Notes under the pieces: generated by a model
What the model saw: the letters and a program-made list of their open reading frames with translations, nothing else
Databases searched by the model: none
What the model was told of the DNA's origin: nothing
Part shown: positions 60,981-64,000 of the stretch, piece by piece
How positions within the stretch are numbered: position 1 is the stretch's first letter
How the letters are laid out: the number at the start of each line of letters is the position of its first letter
Program-made: the position numbers and the translations under genes
NCBI GenBank assembly: GCA_040400795.1
Contig: JBBAPO010000001.1
Span: 30,523 to 94,522 of the forward strand
From: Rhodoferax sp.
Lineage (GTDB): Bacteria > Pseudomonadota > Gammaproteobacteria > Burkholderiales > Burkholderiaceae_C
Length of the DNA: 64,000 bases
Direction of reading: 5' to 3'

Positions 60981-62306
60981 TCAGGCGTCCAAGGTGAGCG
61001 CTGTGCCGGGCGTGCTCATGCACATCAGGCAGCTGCCCGGCTCGGGTGTGTGGTCGGGCGCACGCGCATACCGCACCTGCCCGGCGCGGATGGTGGTTTG
61101 GCAACTGCCACAGCTGCCGCTGCGGCAGCCGCTGGCCACCTCGATGCCATTCGCTTCGGCAAAATCCAGCAGGCTGCCCATGCCCGGCCGCCATTCACAG
61201 ACCTTGCCTGACGTGGCAAAGGTGACCGACACCGGCCCAGTGGCCGGGCTGCCCGTCGCTGGGCTGGTTGGGGTCAAGCCGGCTTTTTTGCGGGGGATCG
61301 AGGCCGGGCCAAAGGCCTCAAAGTGGATGCGTTCGTCTGGCACACCCCAGCCTTCCAGTGCCGGCACCAGGCTGACCAGCAGGGCGGTGGGGCCGCACAG
61401 GTAGAAGTGGTAGGGCTTGAGCGGCAGCACGCTGCGCAGCAATCGCAGGTCGATGCGGCCGTGGTGGTGGTGCTTCAGGGTCGCCCGCTCGCGTGGTTCG
61501 CGTGGTTCAGCTGTGGGCGGTGGCCCGCTGAAGCACAGGTGCAGGTGGAAGTTGGGGTGCTTGGCCGCCAGGGCCTGCTGCTGCGGCAGCATCACCCCTT
61601 CGGCGGCCTCGCGCACACCGTAAAACAACCAGACCTCGCGCTCGGGCTGCTCTTGCATCGCCGAGTTGACCATGCTCAGCATCGGTGTGATGCCAATGCC
61701 GCCGGCGATCAGCACCACCGGCGCCTGGCCGCGGTCAAGGTAGAAACGGCCAGCGGGTGCACGCACTTGCAGCAGGCTACCCACGCTCACCTGGTCATGA
61801 AAAAAATGCGACACAGCACCAGTGGCTGCCGCCAAGCTGCTCGCGGCTTGGACTGGTGCCGGTGCGCGTTTGATCGTGACCCGGTAGGCGTCAGCGTTTG
61901 GTGCGTTCGACAGCGAATAGCAACGCACCACGGCGGCCGTGCTGCCCTGTGCGGCGGGTAGGTCCAGCCGAAAGGTCAGAAACTGGCCGGGCAAGAAGGG
62001 TGGCAGCGGCACCCCATCGTCTGGCACCAGCTCGAACGAGCACACTTGGCCGGCCGCATCTTCCAGGGTTTTGGACCGTACCCGGAACGGGCGATAACCG
62101 GCCCAGGCGGGCAAGTCCGCATCGGCTGGCGCCGCATCAGCGGGGGCGGCTCCGGCGGGAGACGGCAGTTCAACCCCGCCTTTGATGGCCGCCGTGCGCA
62201 AGGCGGTGTAGGCCTGCCAATGCCGCGCAAACGCCAGTGCCATCAGGGCCGTCACCTGCAGCAGCAGGGCTCCCAAAATCCACTGCAGTAGCGTGATCGA
62301 CGTCAT
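60981..62306 (-). CDS. Membrane-anchored FNR-like FAD/NAD(P)H oxidoreductase with a C-terminal plant-type 2Fe-2S ferredoxin domain
   Basis: N-terminal TM helix, FAD motif RCYSLS, NAD motif LIAGGIGITPMLSM, and C-terminal CRSGSCGSCQ..C. Its stop abuts the start of the next gene. Confidence 0.85.
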   Translation of the reverse strand: MTSITLLQWILGALLLQVTALMALAFARHWQAYTALRTAAIKGGVELPSPAGAAPADAAPADADLPAWAGYRPFRVRSKTLEDAAGQVCSFELVPDDGVPLPPFLPGQFLTFRLDLPAAQGSTAAVVRCYSLSNAPNADAYRVTIKRAPAPVQAASSLAAATGAVSHFFHDQVSVGSLLQVRAPAGRFYLDRGQAPVVLIAGGIGITPMLSMVNSAMQEQPEREVWLFYGVREAAEGVMLPQQQALAAKHPNFHLHLCFSGPPPTAEPREPRERATLKHHHHGRIDLRLLRSVLPLKPYHFYLCGPTALLVSLVPALEGWGVPDERIHFEAFGPASIPRKKAGLTPTSPATGSPATGPVSVTFATSGKVCEWRPGMGSLLDFAEANGIEVASGCRSGSCGSCQTTIRAGQVRYARAPDHTPEPGSCLMCMSTPGTALTLDA

Positions 62307-62521
62307 CTCGGCCTGAGCCTAAGGCCTGCAGGCGCATTGACCCTTGACGGGCATCAAGGAAGCTTATGTGTATTCAATCATTGCCATTCAGCAGTTCGGT
62401 GTCGACCTCGGGGCACAACGCCGGAAAATAAAACCTCAAGGCATGGCTCGGTACGTGTACACGCAGCGGGCAACAAAATTTTTTCAACAACTTATAGAAT
62501 TTCAGCAGCTTCACATCAACA

Positions 62522-63091
62522 ATGGATATACGAATGGTTGACCTAAGCAAAACCCCAGACGACCTACCCACTCCACAGGATGACGGGGCAGCCAGACACC
62601 TTGTGGGAATGACGCTTCCTAGGCTGTCCCTCTTAGCTACAAACGGTAAGCAGATTGACCTTGGCTCGTTCAAGGATTTTCTGGTTATCTACTGTTATCC
62701 GATGACGGGACAGCCCAATGTCGCTCTGCCTGACGGATGGGACCAGATCCCTGGAGCTAGGGGTTGTACCCCACAGAGCTGTTCGTTCAGAGATCACTAC
62801 CAGGAGCTGAAAGCTTTGAAGGCTGAAGTCGTTGGCTTGAGCGTCCAGACCACCGACTATCAAAAAGAAATGGCTGAACGACTCCATTTGCCGTTTCCTG
62901 TTGTTAGTGATGTTGCTTACAAATTTCAAAAAGCGCTGAACCTCCCAACCTTCGAGGCCGCGGGCATGACTTTATTGAAAAGACTAACCATCATCGCCAA
63001 GGATGGGAAAATTGTCACCGTTCACTATCCGATATTCCCCAGCGACAGTGATCCACCTTGGGTGATTGATTACTTGAAAAATAGTCAGTAA
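62522..63091 (+). CDS. Peroxiredoxin/redoxin-family protein (AhpC/TSA-like)
   Basis: GCTPQSCSF forms the active-site region on a thioredoxin fold. The gene lies in a low-G+C patch. Confidence 0.8.
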   Translation: MDIRMVDLSKTPDDLPTPQDDGAARHLVGMTLPRLSLLATNGKQIDLGSFKDFLVIYCYPMTGQPNVALPDGWDQIPGARGCTPQSCSFRDHYQELKALKAEVVGLSVQTTDYQKEMAERLHLPFPVVSDVAYKFQKALNLPTFEAAGMTLLKRLTIIAKDGKIVTVHYPIFPSDSDPPWVIDYLKNSQ

Positions 63092-63156
63092 TTTTTCGAT
63101 AGAGGTGACCCTGGTCGTCAGGAGCCCCAAATCCCTTGTCCCTGTAAGGAGCCACC

Positions 63157-63267
63157 TTGTCGCAATCGATTGGGCTTGTGTCTATTTTGGTCAAGGACTA
63201 TGACGAGGCCATCGGTGCCCAGATATTGCTGGCGAAGGCTTCAAATGACCAGCCTTACTTGCAATGA
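63157..63267 (+). pseudogene. Possible remnant of a VOC/glyoxalase-family gene
   Basis: 36-codon ORF reading SIGLVSILVKDYDEAIG..ILLAKA. This resembles the N-terminal beta-alpha unit joined to a later segment of VOC proteins, and is far too short to be functional. Confidence 0.25.
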
Positions 63268-63315
63268 CAATTCAAACTCGCAAAATTGACCTCATGTAGT
63301 CACAAGGGGATCGCC

Positions 63316-63561
63316 ATGGAAACAGTGCAAATTCGCGAAGCCAAGGCCAGTTTTCCTGCGCTGGTGGCTGCCGCTGAGAAAGGTCGCCCAACACTTGTGA
63401 GCCGCCATGGTCAGCCCTGTGCATTGATCGTGCCGGTGGCCGACGGCGCACGCCTCTACCCGCCGGAGATGCCCAACCTGGCCAACTATCTTTTGGCCTT
63501 GCCTGAGCCGCTAGCGACCCAGCGCGACGCGACGCCACTGCGAGGCGTTGACTTTGGCTAA
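63316..63561 (+). CDS. Phd/YefM-type antitoxin
   Basis: METVQIREAKASFPALVAAAEKGRPTLVSRHGQPCALIVP is a classic N-terminus. AAGGGGA lies upstream of the ATG at 63316. Confidence 0.8.
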   Translation: METVQIREAKASFPALVAAAEKGRPTLVSRHGQPCALIVPVADGARLYPPEMPNLANYLLALPEPLATQRDATPLRGVDFG

Positions 63562-63700
63562 CGGCTATTTGCTCGACACCAGCGTGGTGTCTGTCCTCGC
63601 ACCTGGCCGAGAAGTCTTTGTGCCCACATGCCAGCGGTATTGCGGCCATCTGGGTCGCCTTGTCGGACCTGGCTGTACCGATCCTGCCAGGCTGCCATAA
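63554..63700 (+). pseudogene. vapC: Truncated PIN-domain (VapC) toxin
   Basis: The TTG overlaps the antitoxin stop by 8 nt. It reads ANGYLLDTSVVSVLAPGR, a PIN N-terminus with the first Asp. It then diverges and stops after 48 codons, so the remaining catalytic acidic residues are absent. Confidence 0.45.
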
Positions 63701-63902
63701 AGCGGGGCAATTCGGTGGACATGGGCGCCTCATGTCTGCCAACGGCCACCTGCTGTTGATGCCAGGCACCGGCTGTCATCACGGAGCCATCGGCAAGTTT
63801 GCGGTCGGCCGAGGCAACACGGCAAAAAGTTGCCCATGCACTCAGAGCAGGGCTTCGGGGCTGTACAGCTACCAAACCCGCCTGAAATTCCCGAATGCAC
63901 CC

Positions 63903-63975
63903 AAGACCGCCACCAAAATCCCAACATCGCCACCCAAAATGCCTGGCGGTCTTCGGAAAATCGTGGCGGTCTTCG
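63903..63975. repeat. Cluster of three copies of an 11-12 bp motif (AAGACCGCCAC once; its complement TGGCGGTCTTCG twice, 20 bp apart)
   Basis: Copies at 63903-63913 (forward), 63944-63955 and 63964-63975 (reverse orientation). Read directly from the sequence. Confidence 0.5.
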
Positions 63976-64000
63976 TTTTGTCCCCTTTTTTCATCATAGG

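Noticed and set aside
63660-64000. Plus-strand frame open to the window end
   Set aside because: The translation is odd and low in complexity (..GCHHGAIGKFAVGRGNTAKSCPCTQ..), with no start context or motif. Long open frames are expected by chance at this G+C.
1-64000. Search for CRISPR arrays, rRNA genes, transposases and integrases
   Set aside because: I found no regularly spaced direct repeats, no rRNA-like sequence, and no DDE or tyrosine-recombinase-like ORFs by eye. The only RNA gene found is tRNA-Leu at 28250-28334.

Overview
High-G+C chromosomal window. From gene order and protein sequences it looks like a betaproteobacterium, probably Burkholderiales/Comamonadaceae; this is inference, since no database search was possible. 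All family calls rest on motifs I could read in the translations.

The core (about 8.5-46 kb) is ordinary housekeeping: suhB, trmJ, cysE, mog, yjgA, pmbA, rpsU, tsaD, rpsO-pnp, qor, tpiA-secG-tRNA-Leu(GAG), the complete 14-gene nuoA-N operon, a NUDIX gene, and an ABC exporter with an AttH-like gene.

Both ends are accessory.

- Left end (1-8.5 kb): the C-terminus of a DUF3427 helicase-like protein, vapBC, a class II Fic protein, a DMT transporter with an extreme His-rich tail, an arsR-arsC-acr3-arsH operon, and a 2OG-oxygenase-like gene.
- Right end (47.4-64 kb): see below.

The most interesting locus is a Type I R-M operon (hsdM-hsdS-...-hsdR, 47470-57846). Two tightly coupled cargo genes sit between hsdS and hsdR: a single-chain OLD-family ABC-ATPase/Toprim nuclease and an AlbA_2/HATPase_c_4/wHTH protein. 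This is the slot prrC occupies in EcoprrI. The OLD gene and the first hsdS target-recognition domain are visibly low in G+C. Both hsdS and hsdR carry single-G-loss frameshifts.

Downstream lie an OYE flavoprotein, a Phd/RelE-type TA pair, and a three-gene putative transmembrane electron-transfer operon (membrane-anchored FNR/2Fe-2S reductase, His-rich polytopic membrane protein, octaheme cytochrome c). After that come a low-G+C peroxiredoxin patch with gene remnants, an antitoxin with a truncated PIN toxin, and a cluster of 11-12 bp repeats at the window edge.

I recognised no rRNA, CRISPR array, transposase or integrase.
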